In this document: one piece after another, positions 29,223 to 39,086 of the stretch | How positions within the stretch are numbered: the first letter of the stretch is position 1 | How the letters are laid out: each line of letters opens with the position of its first letter | Assembly (NCBI GenBank): GCA_965552055.1 | Contig: CBEVQO010000002.1 | Coordinates: 416,001-480,000, forward strand | DNA length: 64,000 bases | From: an uncultured bacterium | GTDB taxonomy: Bacteria; Hydrothermota; UBA3073; NMUJ01; CBEVQO01 | Direction of reading: 5' to 3' | Made by a program: the position numbers and the translations under genes | Notes under the pieces: model-generated | Database searches by the model: none | Seen by the model: only the letters and a program-made list of their open reading frames with translations | Told to the model about the DNA's origin: nothing

Positions 29223-29924
29223 CAGCATACCGGCGAATATCGGACCCATTCTTGGACCACCATATACTGCGTTGACTGCCATACCGGCTACATAAAGACC
29301 AGGGACTACTTCTCCTGCTTTCTCGACAACAAACTTTTCTCCTTCTTCAGCGTTCATAGGACCTTCTCCTTTGATTATCTTCTCTCCCATTTTCTTCTCA
29401 TACAGTTTCACAAGCTGAGCATCATGTCCTGTTGCATCAACAAGTGCTTTACATAGAAAAGAAAGAGGGTCAACATGCAAGCCAGATGCAAGAGCAGAAT
29501 GCCAGTTCACCACAACACCGCATACCTCCTTATTTTTTATCACTAAATCTTCAACTTCTATGAGATTTAAAATATTTACTCCTTCTTTTTTACATTTTAA
29601 ACCGAGCCCGCAAGCAAGTTCAATTGCATCAACAATCAAATATCTATCTTTCTCTTTATATTTTACGCCTATTTCTTCTAAAATCCCAATCGATTCTTTG
29701 CTGAGTACAGTTTTATTAAACATCATACCGCCACCCCATATCCCTCCTCCTATTGACAATCTTTTCTCGAATACACAAACCTTTAGTCCTCTTTGAGCAA
29801 GAGTATAAGCACATGTCAAACCAGCAGGACCAGCGCCACAAATTATAACATCAACTTCTAAATTATTTCGTAAGGAATAAAAATACTCCTCTATTATAAG
29901 GCGGGAAATTTCTTTTTCTATCAT
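29172..29924 (-). CDS. thi4: Sulfide-dependent thiazole synthase (Thi4)
   Basis: GAGPAGL, GGGIWGGGM, HVDP, DATGHDA, GPRMGPIFAGMLLSG. Confidence 0.92.
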   Translation of the reverse strand: MIEKEISRLIIEEYFYSLRNNLEVDVIICGAGPAGLTCAYTLAQRGLKVCVFEKRLSIGGGIWGGGMMFNKTVLSKESIGILEEIGVKYKEKDRYLIVDAIELACGLGLKCKKEGVNILNLIEVEDLVIKNKEVCGVVVNWHSALASGLHVDPLSFLCKALVDATGHDAQLVKLYEKKMGEKIIKGEGPMNAEEGEKFVVEKAGEVVPGLYVAGMAVNAVYGGPRMGPIFAGMLLSGKKTAKDILEKFKK

Positions 29925-29925
29925 T

Positions 29926-31443
29926 TTATTGTATCACAACAAATTTATACGATTTCCCACCCGTTCTGCAAATATAAATCCCGGGCTTAAATTCTCCGTT
30001 TATTTTCAAGATATATCTATCTCCGGAGATATTCACCTCTTTTATCAATCTTCCTGTCATATCGTATATCGTTAGTTTGCCTTTTAATCCGTTAAATATC
30101 ACATAATTTTTAGCAGGATTTGGATAAATATTTATTTTATTGAGGGAAAGTTGTTGCAATGCTTTGATATTTTCTTTTGCAACTTCGATTCTTATCTCAT
30201 GTAAAACAGGACTCCCGATATCCGAAACTGCATTAAATTCGACCATATACTGAACATATCTGTGATTAGAATTTACAGATGCAATTACCGAAAGGTCATC
30301 ACCGCACTGCAACTGCGGACACATATCCCAATCCATAGCATCGGACATATCAGGAGTGGAGCCCGTACGAACTTTAACCACAGGATTACCTGTCGCCCTA
30401 AAATAAATTTTGCCATAAGGTGTTTGAAGAGGTCCCCTATCGAAAACAGAAGATTCAAAATAACCGAATTGATGAAAACCAGAGCAATACATCCATTCTT
30501 TACCCGCAACCAGTATCAATTGATTTGGCAAAATAAGCAAAGACAAAGGCGAACCAAGATATGAAAAATCTTTGCATAAGCTCCAGTTAACATCCTTTTT
30601 GTATAACCTTCCTGCGTCTGACAGAGCATAAAGCTTATCATCAGCGTTTTTAATCAAAGAGATTATCTCCTGCTCCGGTATAGCAGAAGTTATTTTAAAT
30701 GTATCATTAATCAAAGTAAGGATACAGGCAGGTTTACCAGTTGCTATTATTTTGCCATCATATTCTGTTATTATGTTTATCTTTTCAACAGTATCAGGTA
30801 AAGGATATTTTTTCACACTACCTGCTAATATACTGTAAATAGTATCTGTTTTACAGCCGACAAATATTGTTTCTCCCTTTGTGTAGATAGCTGTTATTTC
30901 GGATGGCAATTGAGCGAGCTCCTGCCAGACATTATCCTCTTTTAAAACTTTACCGCATGCTGTTCCCAGCAAAATTTTATCATCAACTGTAAGCCCTGTA
31001 GCAGTCACACTAACATTCAATGTATCACATGGAATGTAACTAACCCATTCACCATACTCATTCAGATATAAAACAGGATTAATAGTATTGGATGTAACCG
31101 CAAATAATTTTCCTGTTTTCTTAAATAGCAACCATTTAACTGTATCATCAACTTCCCAGTATCCATCCCATGATATACCATTGTTAAACGAGACCCATAT
31201 TTCACATCCTGTACAGCAGAACAGAGCCTCATCTCCTGCTTTTAAGAAAGTTAGTCCATCTGCAGGTGGTCTAAGCTTAACCCACACTTCGTCGCTTGCT
31301 TTCAGCATAATGTCACCCACTGGCAAGCCCTGCACATTTATCCCAATGAGATATTTATTCGTATCAGACCACATAGATTGGTAAGGACCACCCGACCAGT
31401 CTGTTTGTAGCCACTGGAAAGCAAGAAATATCGCTATTATCAT
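29926..31443 (-). CDS. Exported beta-propeller-like protein with T9SS-type C-terminal domain
   Basis: QTDWSGG N-terminus; IYPNPA...IYDMTGRLI...PGIY...KFVV. Confidence 0.7.
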   Translation of the reverse strand: MIIAIFLAFQWLQTDWSGGPYQSMWSDTNKYLIGINVQGLPVGDIMLKASDEVWVKLRPPADGLTFLKAGDEALFCCTGCEIWVSFNNGISWDGYWEVDDTVKWLLFKKTGKLFAVTSNTINPVLYLNEYGEWVSYIPCDTLNVSVTATGLTVDDKILLGTACGKVLKEDNVWQELAQLPSEITAIYTKGETIFVGCKTDTIYSILAGSVKKYPLPDTVEKINIITEYDGKIIATGKPACILTLINDTFKITSAIPEQEIISLIKNADDKLYALSDAGRLYKKDVNWSLCKDFSYLGSPLSLLILPNQLILVAGKEWMYCSGFHQFGYFESSVFDRGPLQTPYGKIYFRATGNPVVKVRTGSTPDMSDAMDWDMCPQLQCGDDLSVIASVNSNHRYVQYMVEFNAVSDIGSPVLHEIRIEVAKENIKALQQLSLNKINIYPNPAKNYVIFNGLKGKLTIYDMTGRLIKEVNISGDRYILKINGEFKPGIYICRTGGKSYKFVVIQ

Positions 31444-31455
31444 GGCACCCCCTTT

Positions 31456-33810
31456 TTAACGCATCCAGATTATCTTTGATAAGCAAACATTTCTACCCGA
31501 TTGAACTTTAATGAAATAGATTCCCGATGGAACCATTACTCCTTTACTATCTTTTCCATCCCATCTTAATATCTTTTCTCCTGTCAGCATCCCATCGAAC
31601 AATGTCCTTATTTTCCTGCCAGCTATATCATAAATAGCAACCTTCACATTTCCCTTTCCTGCAGGTAGCAATCTTATATTAACAAAGTATGAAGCAGGAT
31701 TTGGATACACTTCTATCCTCTTATCAATTGCAACTTTCTTTTCTTCGAGCTCAATTGCCTTCTTTTTACCAGTAAGTGCAAGTACCAATGAGTCTTCTGT
31801 AAATGTCGTTAAAACTTTTAAACCTGTTCCTCTCCAGATTGCAGTCTCAGCTTCGGGTATCATAAATGTATCAAATGCTACAACGACAGATTCACCCGGG
31901 AGAAGCTCAACCAATCTCTCAGATGAATACATCCACAACGGCTCAATAAGGGTATCTTTCCTCTCAGGTGAAATCGAATCAATCGAAGGGTATATGTAAA
32001 GAGTATCATGATATATGAAGAAACCTGTAAATATAATTTCTGCCCTCGCTGTAAACTTTAGCGGTCTGTCACCTGCATTTTTGTACATCACTTTAGGAAC
32101 AATAGGCACCCCAAAATCAGTGGTATCAACAAAATGCAAAGCATAATTATACAATTTAACCGTGTCCAGAGAGGTAAATGGCATTATCACCGTATCAATA
32201 GTATCATTCGGTAACAAACCTTCTACATGTTTCTCAACAATTTCACCTTCTCCTATCACCGGCAAATCTCCTACCTGTCCAACAACTACAGGATTCACAG
32301 TGTAATTATAGCCATCCTCTGAAGGATCTATGTCCCTTAAAGGATCAAGGTCCTGCTGGAAAAGAATATAGGGTTTATTTTCCGATTCTGACCAGCATGC
32401 TGATAAGAACCATTCTGAAAGTTCAGGAGTATTTGAAATATTGAATTTCGGACTCCATGTCCTGCCCATATCCGTTGAGAATGCAAAGTATATCTCTCCA
32501 ATAGCAACAGTATCCGAACCCTGAAAACCATATTGATGAAACGGTGGCTCTATCCAGAAGCAATATAGAGTGTGGGTTCCGGGGTCTTCCACGAGAGCAA
32601 AATGGTGAATTATATTACCCCAGTAGAAAGGATATATCCCGAAGCTCCATGGTAATTCTCGGGAAGGTGCAAAATTATATGCCACCATGTAAACAGAATC
32701 TGTCTTCTCATAATAGTGCCAGAGAACACTCGACCATACACTTACATAGTATCTTCCAACATCCGGCAAACTCGATGCAGGTTTTCCGATGAATAGAACA
32801 TGTAAATAACCTTCGCTATCGAACATCGCATATACATCGCCATCGAATGCATTTATAAACCCTTTCAGGGTATAAGTACCTTTGCCTCCTTTCATCTTAT
32901 TTGTTATATCAACTTTATCTCCCCATGTAAGCCCACCATCATTCGAGATTTGATAATACACATGCACATTATAGGGGTCGAGAGCAGTATCGCATCCTGC
33001 ATACACCAGTGCCATAACACATGTATCTTTCCTAGCACATGGAAATGCTCCTCCCAGAATATAAGGATATTCGCCCATTTCAATCCAGTCTATAAATCCT
33101 CCTCCACCCATCAACAGATCGACATTCGCCCAGGTGTACAGTGTTGGTTTGGGAGGGTTCTGAGCATAAAGTGTTGCTGTAAGCACAAGATTGTTATACC
33201 CATCAACGGCTATACATGGCCAGATATATTCTGTGCCAGGAGACTTCGTGTAATGTTCATCAAAAATATTCGAACCAGGCCATAGATTAATCGCTACACC
33301 TGATTGATAATAACCATCCTGCTTCACATGTGCCGATACAACCGTCAAACCAGCGGTATCAACTTCTATATCACCATAGCCATTTTTTGCACCGAAAATC
33401 TTTATCCCAGCAGAAGTATCCACACCACCACCATAAACCCATGACCCTTCCTCCGGATTATAATAATTCCAGGTCATTTTTCTATCAGGATAAGAAGGTG
33501 GGCTCTCAAATCCTCTCATCCACAGAACATGTATCCATCCATTTTTCCTGTCGTAAACTATTCTTTTATTATAAGGACCCGGATTCCATTGCCAGTCATA
33601 AGCAGTATATCCAACTGTATCAACTTTCAAGAAATAGGGATATGCATTTTCACCGAGTTTAATATTGGGATGATACGGCTTCACACTTTTCGCTTTATCA
33701 ACCGCACCCATACTCGGATATTCGGCTTTCGACATCATTCTCACTTTACCCAGTAAATCCCTGTCTACAGGCATTATTTTTACAACATACATTAACAACA
33801 CAAGCAACAT
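31456..33810 (-). CDS. Exported BNR/Asp-box protein with FlgD-Ig/CTD
   Basis: SNDGGLTW, STDMGRTW; VYPNP...WDGKD...SGIYF. Confidence 0.72.
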   Translation of the reverse strand: MLLVLLMYVVKIMPVDRDLLGKVRMMSKAEYPSMGAVDKAKSVKPYHPNIKLGENAYPYFLKVDTVGYTAYDWQWNPGPYNKRIVYDRKNGWIHVLWMRGFESPPSYPDRKMTWNYYNPEEGSWVYGGGVDTSAGIKIFGAKNGYGDIEVDTAGLTVVSAHVKQDGYYQSGVAINLWPGSNIFDEHYTKSPGTEYIWPCIAVDGYNNLVLTATLYAQNPPKPTLYTWANVDLLMGGGGFIDWIEMGEYPYILGGAFPCARKDTCVMALVYAGCDTALDPYNVHVYYQISNDGGLTWGDKVDITNKMKGGKGTYTLKGFINAFDGDVYAMFDSEGYLHVLFIGKPASSLPDVGRYYVSVWSSVLWHYYEKTDSVYMVAYNFAPSRELPWSFGIYPFYWGNIIHHFALVEDPGTHTLYCFWIEPPFHQYGFQGSDTVAIGEIYFAFSTDMGRTWSPKFNISNTPELSEWFLSACWSESENKPYILFQQDLDPLRDIDPSEDGYNYTVNPVVVGQVGDLPVIGEGEIVEKHVEGLLPNDTIDTVIMPFTSLDTVKLYNYALHFVDTTDFGVPIVPKVMYKNAGDRPLKFTARAEIIFTGFFIYHDTLYIYPSIDSISPERKDTLIEPLWMYSSERLVELLPGESVVVAFDTFMIPEAETAIWRGTGLKVLTTFTEDSLVLALTGKKKAIELEEKKVAIDKRIEVYPNPASYFVNIRLLPAGKGNVKVAIYDIAGRKIRTLFDGMLTGEKILRWDGKDSKGVMVPSGIYFIKVQSGRNVCLSKIIWMR

Positions 33811-33823
33811 ATCCCCCCCTTTT

Positions 33824-36367
33824 TTATTTCAATTTTACAAGTTTCAAAACTTCCTCCCTATTACCACATTTTATCTTCAAAAAGTAAATACCGGGACTTA
33901 ATCCCTTTAAATCCCAGATTATCTCTTTGCCTGAAAAATGCTTCTCTTCTTTTACACCTACAAGCCTGCCAATGTTGTCATATAACTCCAGAGTCAGGTT
34001 ATTTCCCACTTTATTCTTAAACCTTATTTTTACAACATCCCTAACTGGATTTTTATAATAAGCGACGAATTGCTCCTTTTCTCTTTTTTCTTCTTGCTTG
34101 ATACCTTCTTCTTTTAATATCCTCTCAAGAACATCGGCTACAGAATTATATCCGCTACCAGACCTTATTCCTTCCAGACCGAATCCAAAATAATATAAAC
34201 TATAATCGCCCTCGTATCTCACAGCTGCAACTCTACCTGAGCCGTAAACGAAGCAAGTTTCAGAGCCAACAGGTATCAATGCATCTTTATCACGCTGACC
34301 AACAACCACTAAATTTAGACCCTCACTAACTGAATTCCCCTCAACACCATAAATATAGTATCCTGATTCATCTCCTGGGTCAAACTCAGCTTTCAAATAA
34401 TTGCGATAAAAATCCGTGTTACCAATATCATTCCCTATGTTCCTGCCACTCAATACAAGTGCACCACCGCCATTTAAATATTCTTTCAAATCAATTGTAT
34501 CTTCCGGCTCCAGTGTAGTTAAAGAATCACCCCCTGTAAACCATATTACAAGTTTATATTGTTTAAGAAGGTCACCCAATCTTCCTTTTTCCCTGTTATA
34601 AATATCAAATTTTACCTTCAAAGAATCCCTGAGTGCGGATATGTAAATATCTTCGCCCGAACTTTTATCATCATCAACGAGTAATATATCGGGATAGCCT
34701 ATTTCCAGCTTAAATGTATCTCCTGCATTTTCGGACTGAGGTGTCACAAAATAACTAAGATAAAACTCCACCGAATCTACAAGGGTATCAATTATGGTGA
34801 ATTTGAATTCAACTGTATCTTTAAAACCGGCATCCAATCTTCCTATTTTAACTATTGAATCGATCATTTTAATTTCGGGTCTCTCTGTATGTAATCTCAC
34901 TTCCCCTGAATCCACATCCTGCCATATTTGAGCATTCTTTAAAATAATCCTCAATAGCACAGTGTCACCAAACTCGGGTCTGCCATTACCATTACCCATA
35001 GATGAATCATCAACATTGAAGCCTATGAGTTTTAGCTTTGAGTAGATAAGAGTTGCTATCGCCCTATATACATTTAACCTTCCGCTCCCCAATTTTCCTG
35101 CATAATCAGGATTTAGATGGTCAATCGAATCTGCCGTTAGTTTTAAGTGTTCAAATATAAATTTGTTATCTGCCTGTGGATAAAATGCTTTCAAAAGCCC
35201 CGCTGCTCCCGTCACAAATGGTGCAGCCATCGAAGTACCATCCCATTTGACATAGCTATTATCATAAACTGTGCTCAAAATTGACACACCAGGTGCAGAA
35301 ATATCAATGGTATATCCATAATTCGAAAACCACGCCTTATGATCTGAAGAATTTGTAGCCGCTACAACCATTATAGTATCGCCCATTATAGCACCTGCTT
35401 CATTTAAAGTATCAAAAAACACATTATCATTACCAGCAGCTTCTATGAGCAACACACCTTTAGAATATGCATATCTGCAAGCATCAAGGAAGTAGCCCAC
35501 AGTATCCGTGCCCCAGCTCATATTAATTGCAGTCGCACCTTTATCAGCAGCGTATATTAAAGCCTCTTTACAATAATCAAGCCAGACCACACCACCATAC
35601 ACCGAATCAGCTGCTCCCACTCTCAAACACATTATCTTGCATTTAAAGCCAACACCCGCTATACCCCTATCATTATCAGCTACAGCACTGGCTATCCCTG
35701 CACAATGCGTTCCATGTCCTCCAAAATCCATAGGGTCATTATCGGGTATCCAATAATCCTCGCCCGATACTGGATTATTCGATTCTCTATTTACCCAGTC
35801 CCAGCCTATAAAATCATCAGGAAGTCCATTACCATCGTCATCTATACCGTTCGAATCATCTTCAACATCCCAGACAACCCCATCCCCATCGATATCCTCA
35901 CCGGGATTAACCCATATATTGGTAATCAAATCAGGATGATTCCAGTCAACACCGCCATCAGGTATAGCAAGTATAACTTCTTCTGAGCCCTTACAGATAT
36001 CCCATGCTTTATCTGCCATTATCTTAAAAATACCCCATTGCTGTTGAATAAAAGAATCAGATGGTATATAGCGTAAAGGCGCACAAACAATCGGGTCAAC
36101 TCTTTTTATCCCTTTCATCTTCTTCAAAATTTTTTCAGCAAATTTATACTTATCTGTTGAAAACTTCATAGCATACCACAAATCGAGCCCATATTTCTCA
36201 CCAAGCTCTTTATCAGCATAGAAACGAAACATCGGATATAAAGTATCGGGATGAAAAACCTTGTAAATTGAATCAAGCAACATTTCCTTTTTCTCCCTGA
36301 AATCTTTATCGATTTTAAAAGCAATTCTATCCTGCAATATCCATATTCCGATTAGAAATAAAATCAT
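33824..36367 (-). CDS. S8 subtilisin-like serine protease with CTD
   Basis: Catalytic triad IPDGG, GHGTHCAG, GTSMAAP; AAGN; C-terminal sorting-like domain. Confidence 0.92.
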   Translation of the reverse strand: MILFLIGIWILQDRIAFKIDKDFREKKEMLLDSIYKVFHPDTLYPMFRFYADKELGEKYGLDLWYAMKFSTDKYKFAEKILKKMKGIKRVDPIVCAPLRYIPSDSFIQQQWGIFKIMADKAWDICKGSEEVILAIPDGGVDWNHPDLITNIWVNPGEDIDGDGVVWDVEDDSNGIDDDGNGLPDDFIGWDWVNRESNNPVSGEDYWIPDNDPMDFGGHGTHCAGIASAVADNDRGIAGVGFKCKIMCLRVGAADSVYGGVVWLDYCKEALIYAADKGATAINMSWGTDTVGYFLDACRYAYSKGVLLIEAAGNDNVFFDTLNEAGAIMGDTIMVVAATNSSDHKAWFSNYGYTIDISAPGVSILSTVYDNSYVKWDGTSMAAPFVTGAAGLLKAFYPQADNKFIFEHLKLTADSIDHLNPDYAGKLGSGRLNVYRAIATLIYSKLKLIGFNVDDSSMGNGNGRPEFGDTVLLRIILKNAQIWQDVDSGEVRLHTERPEIKMIDSIVKIGRLDAGFKDTVEFKFTIIDTLVDSVEFYLSYFVTPQSENAGDTFKLEIGYPDILLVDDDKSSGEDIYISALRDSLKVKFDIYNREKGRLGDLLKQYKLVIWFTGGDSLTTLEPEDTIDLKEYLNGGGALVLSGRNIGNDIGNTDFYRNYLKAEFDPGDESGYYIYGVEGNSVSEGLNLVVVGQRDKDALIPVGSETCFVYGSGRVAAVRYEGDYSLYYFGFGLEGIRSGSGYNSVADVLERILKEEGIKQEEKREKEQFVAYYKNPVRDVVKIRFKNKVGNNLTLELYDNIGRLVGVKEEKHFSGKEIIWDLKGLSPGIYFLKIKCGNREEVLKLVKLK

Positions 36368-37296
36368 AATTCAAAATTTACAGCAACTCTATGGATATAA
36401 CCGAGATACTTATGCTTTTGAACAGTATAATCGATACCCATACTTGAGCCAACATTATATCCTATTCCAGCACCGTATTCTATCAAATCTTTTCGGGTAA
36501 TTCCTGTTCTTATTTTCATATTCCCGAGAACTGCTTCCAGACCAACAGCATAGGTAGTTGGCTGATCATTCTGATGCACAATCTCAGCATCCACCGTTAC
36601 TTTAGGACTTGAAAGCACATCCACAGCAAACCCTCCCTGAAAGCAGAGAGGCATAGGGAATGATGTAGAAATATATGTCCACGAAAAACCCTCTTCGGTT
36701 TCTTCTGTCAGATTCTCGCCCCTGTATCTGGTATTCGGTCCAAAATTCCTTATCGCATAACCAAACCTCAAATTGCCTGCAAGTCCTGTGTTGTATGTGC
36801 CACCGATATCTATCAACCATCCTGTCGCTGTAACTTTATAAATGTTCAGACTATAAACTTTTATCGTAAATCCCGCATTAAATTTATCTGTCAACCTCCT
36901 TGCGTAACTTATACCGAGTGCATAGTCGTTTGCAGAATAGTAATGCCCGGTACCTTCCTGTTGCTCCTCTGTTGTAATCTCAATCTTACCCGAAAAAGAA
37001 GCAATCATACTTATACCAACCGCTCCTTCTTTGGATGGGCTCACAAAAGCTATATCTGCACCTGTTATCCCGGCAAAAAACTTATTGCTCGTTAAAGATA
37101 CACTCTTCCTACTTACAAGCGCTATACCTGCGGGATTCCAGAACACAGCCTGTGGACCTTCTGCTATCGCAGTAAATGCACCACAGAGAGCTGTAGGTCG
37201 AGCACCTGCTCCGCGCGATAAGAACACACCCCCTGACCTGCCAGTATAGGCACTCAATACCCCTGGAAAAATAATTAATAACAAATACTTCCTCAT
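36364..37296 (-). CDS. PorV/PorQ family outer-membrane beta-barrel
   Basis: FLSRGAGARPTALCGAF, AVFWNPAGIA, ISYARRLTDKF; start at ATG 37296 after GGAGGTG. Confidence 0.8.
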   Translation of the reverse strand: MRKYLLLIIFPGVLSAYTGRSGGVFLSRGAGARPTALCGAFTAIAEGPQAVFWNPAGIALVSRKSVSLTSNKFFAGITGADIAFVSPSKEGAVGISMIASFSGKIEITTEEQQEGTGHYYSANDYALGISYARRLTDKFNAGFTIKVYSLNIYKVTATGWLIDIGGTYNTGLAGNLRFGYAIRNFGPNTRYRGENLTEETEEGFSWTYISTSFPMPLCFQGGFAVDVLSSPKVTVDAEIVHQNDQPTTYAVGLEAVLGNMKIRTGITRKDLIEYGAGIGYNVGSSMGIDYTVQKHKYLGYIHRVAVNFEL

Positions 37297-37305
37297 AATC
37301 ACCTC

Positions 37306-39078
37306 CTATAATCCATTAAATACCTGAATCCTGCCGTTACCTGTATCACTTACATAAACTTTACCATCTTTCACCATTATACCGTGGGGATTCTGGAACA
37401 ATCCTTCAGCTGTGCCTCCTGCTCCCCATCTGGCTATCCTTACTTCTTTGTTAATGTCATAAATCTTCACAGCATCTTCATCTAAATCTGTAACATAAAT
37501 CTTATTCCCGTCTATTACAAAAGCAAATGGCGTGGTAGAGAGACCCACTGAAAAAGAGTTATAAATATTTATGTAAGAGTCAGGGGAGTCATGTATATTC
37601 ACATATTTTTCTAATTTACCAACACCTCTTCCTGCATATTTCTTTAATATCCAGATAACAGTATCTACATACTCGACATCGTTAATCTCACTTATCACAG
37701 CTGAATCCATTATTTCTTTATTATGTAAGTTGAAAATGTACAATTTTTGTGCATCCGCATCAACAACTGCAAGCATACTATCTTTTACTGACATACTCCT
37801 GGGACGCAATTTCCTTTCACCCTTTGTAATTTCACCTATAATCTCACCCTTTACATTAAGCATAAATACTTTGAAATCACTAAGGTCACTTACAAAAATA
37901 GTGTCACCGAGCACCTCAATATCCCATGGTCTCTTAAATCCTTCCCACCTGCCAGCATACTCACCATTTTCAAAAATGTAAATGTAGCCACCTTCTTCAT
38001 CGGCATCAGCCACAAGCAAACTGTCACCAAAAAATGCAAGCCCTATTGGCTGATTCAATACTCCTTCACCTATCACCTTATCGAATTTTGATACCAGTTC
38101 TAACTTCAATGTGCATGCCTGAGGCGAATATTTACCATGGACATTCATAACCCTAACAATGACATTGTAAGTACCAGGCTCAACATAATAGTGCGAAGCT
38201 GTTATCTCCGCTTTCATGGGATTCTTAAAAGAAGTCCTCCATTTCTCACCATCTCCCCAATCGAATTCTGCACATAAAAGAGAATCACCAGGATCCGGGT
38301 CACTTGCTCCACCTTCAGCTATCGCTACCCAGTACTCCGTCTTGCTGAACATTATGGTATCTGTAATTGTATCTATACCTGTGTTTTTAAACTTAATCGC
38401 ATCCCTTTCAAGATAGGGTGGTCTATCATAATATAACACATTTAAAGTCTCAGATGCAAACCACCAGTTACAATCCCTCGCTTTTACCACAACAGGTAAA
38501 AAGACATCAACATCCCTCGTTGCAAAACTATGATAAAAAACAAACTCCTTGCCACTGGGCAAATCAACTACCTTCCAGTCTTCTACTTTGCCATCACCCC
38601 ATTCTACCATACAATTCACACTATCATTCTCCGGGTCAGTTATCTTCACAACTAATTTATATTGGGTGCCAACATAACATGTTTCCCTTGCTTCCACAAA
38701 ATTTATCACAGGAGGCTTACTCACAGGATATACTCCCACCACCTGAATTTTTGTCCATTCGGAAATCTTACCATGATAATCCTTTGCCCTGGCTTTAACC
38801 GTGCAGATACCTGTAGATTGATAAACATGCTTCATCTCCACCATCTTACCATATTCAACAAACTTACTCCAATCACTTATCTTACCATCGCCCCAATCAA
38901 CCTGAAAAGACAAACTATCAAATTCTGCATCTTCGGCAGAAAGGTATACATTTAGAGTTTCTCCAACATGAGTGTAATCTTTCATCAAGCCAGTGATATT
39001 TACAGGAGGATATTCTGTTCTTTTGAAACACCCCCAGATTACTAATCCTAAAATTAAGCCTATATACAATTTCTTCAT
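37306..39078 (-). CDS. Lipoprotein with PKD-like repeats and NHL beta-propeller
   Basis: Lipobox IWGC; three (D/E)WGDG repeats; NPHGI...VSDTGNGRIQVF. Confidence 0.78.
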   Translation of the reverse strand: MKKLYIGLILGLVIWGCFKRTEYPPVNITGLMKDYTHVGETLNVYLSAEDAEFDSLSFQVDWGDGKISDWSKFVEYGKMVEMKHVYQSTGICTVKARAKDYHGKISEWTKIQVVGVYPVSKPPVINFVEARETCYVGTQYKLVVKITDPENDSVNCMVEWGDGKVEDWKVVDLPSGKEFVFYHSFATRDVDVFLPVVVKARDCNWWFASETLNVLYYDRPPYLERDAIKFKNTGIDTITDTIMFSKTEYWVAIAEGGASDPDPGDSLLCAEFDWGDGEKWRTSFKNPMKAEITASHYYVEPGTYNVIVRVMNVHGKYSPQACTLKLELVSKFDKVIGEGVLNQPIGLAFFGDSLLVADADEEGGYIYIFENGEYAGRWEGFKRPWDIEVLGDTIFVSDLSDFKVFMLNVKGEIIGEITKGERKLRPRSMSVKDSMLAVVDADAQKLYIFNLHNKEIMDSAVISEINDVEYVDTVIWILKKYAGRGVGKLEKYVNIHDSPDSYINIYNSFSVGLSTTPFAFVIDGNKIYVTDLDEDAVKIYDINKEVRIARWGAGGTAEGLFQNPHGIMVKDGKVYVSDTGNGRIQVFNGL

Positions 39079-39086
39079 ATCCCCTC

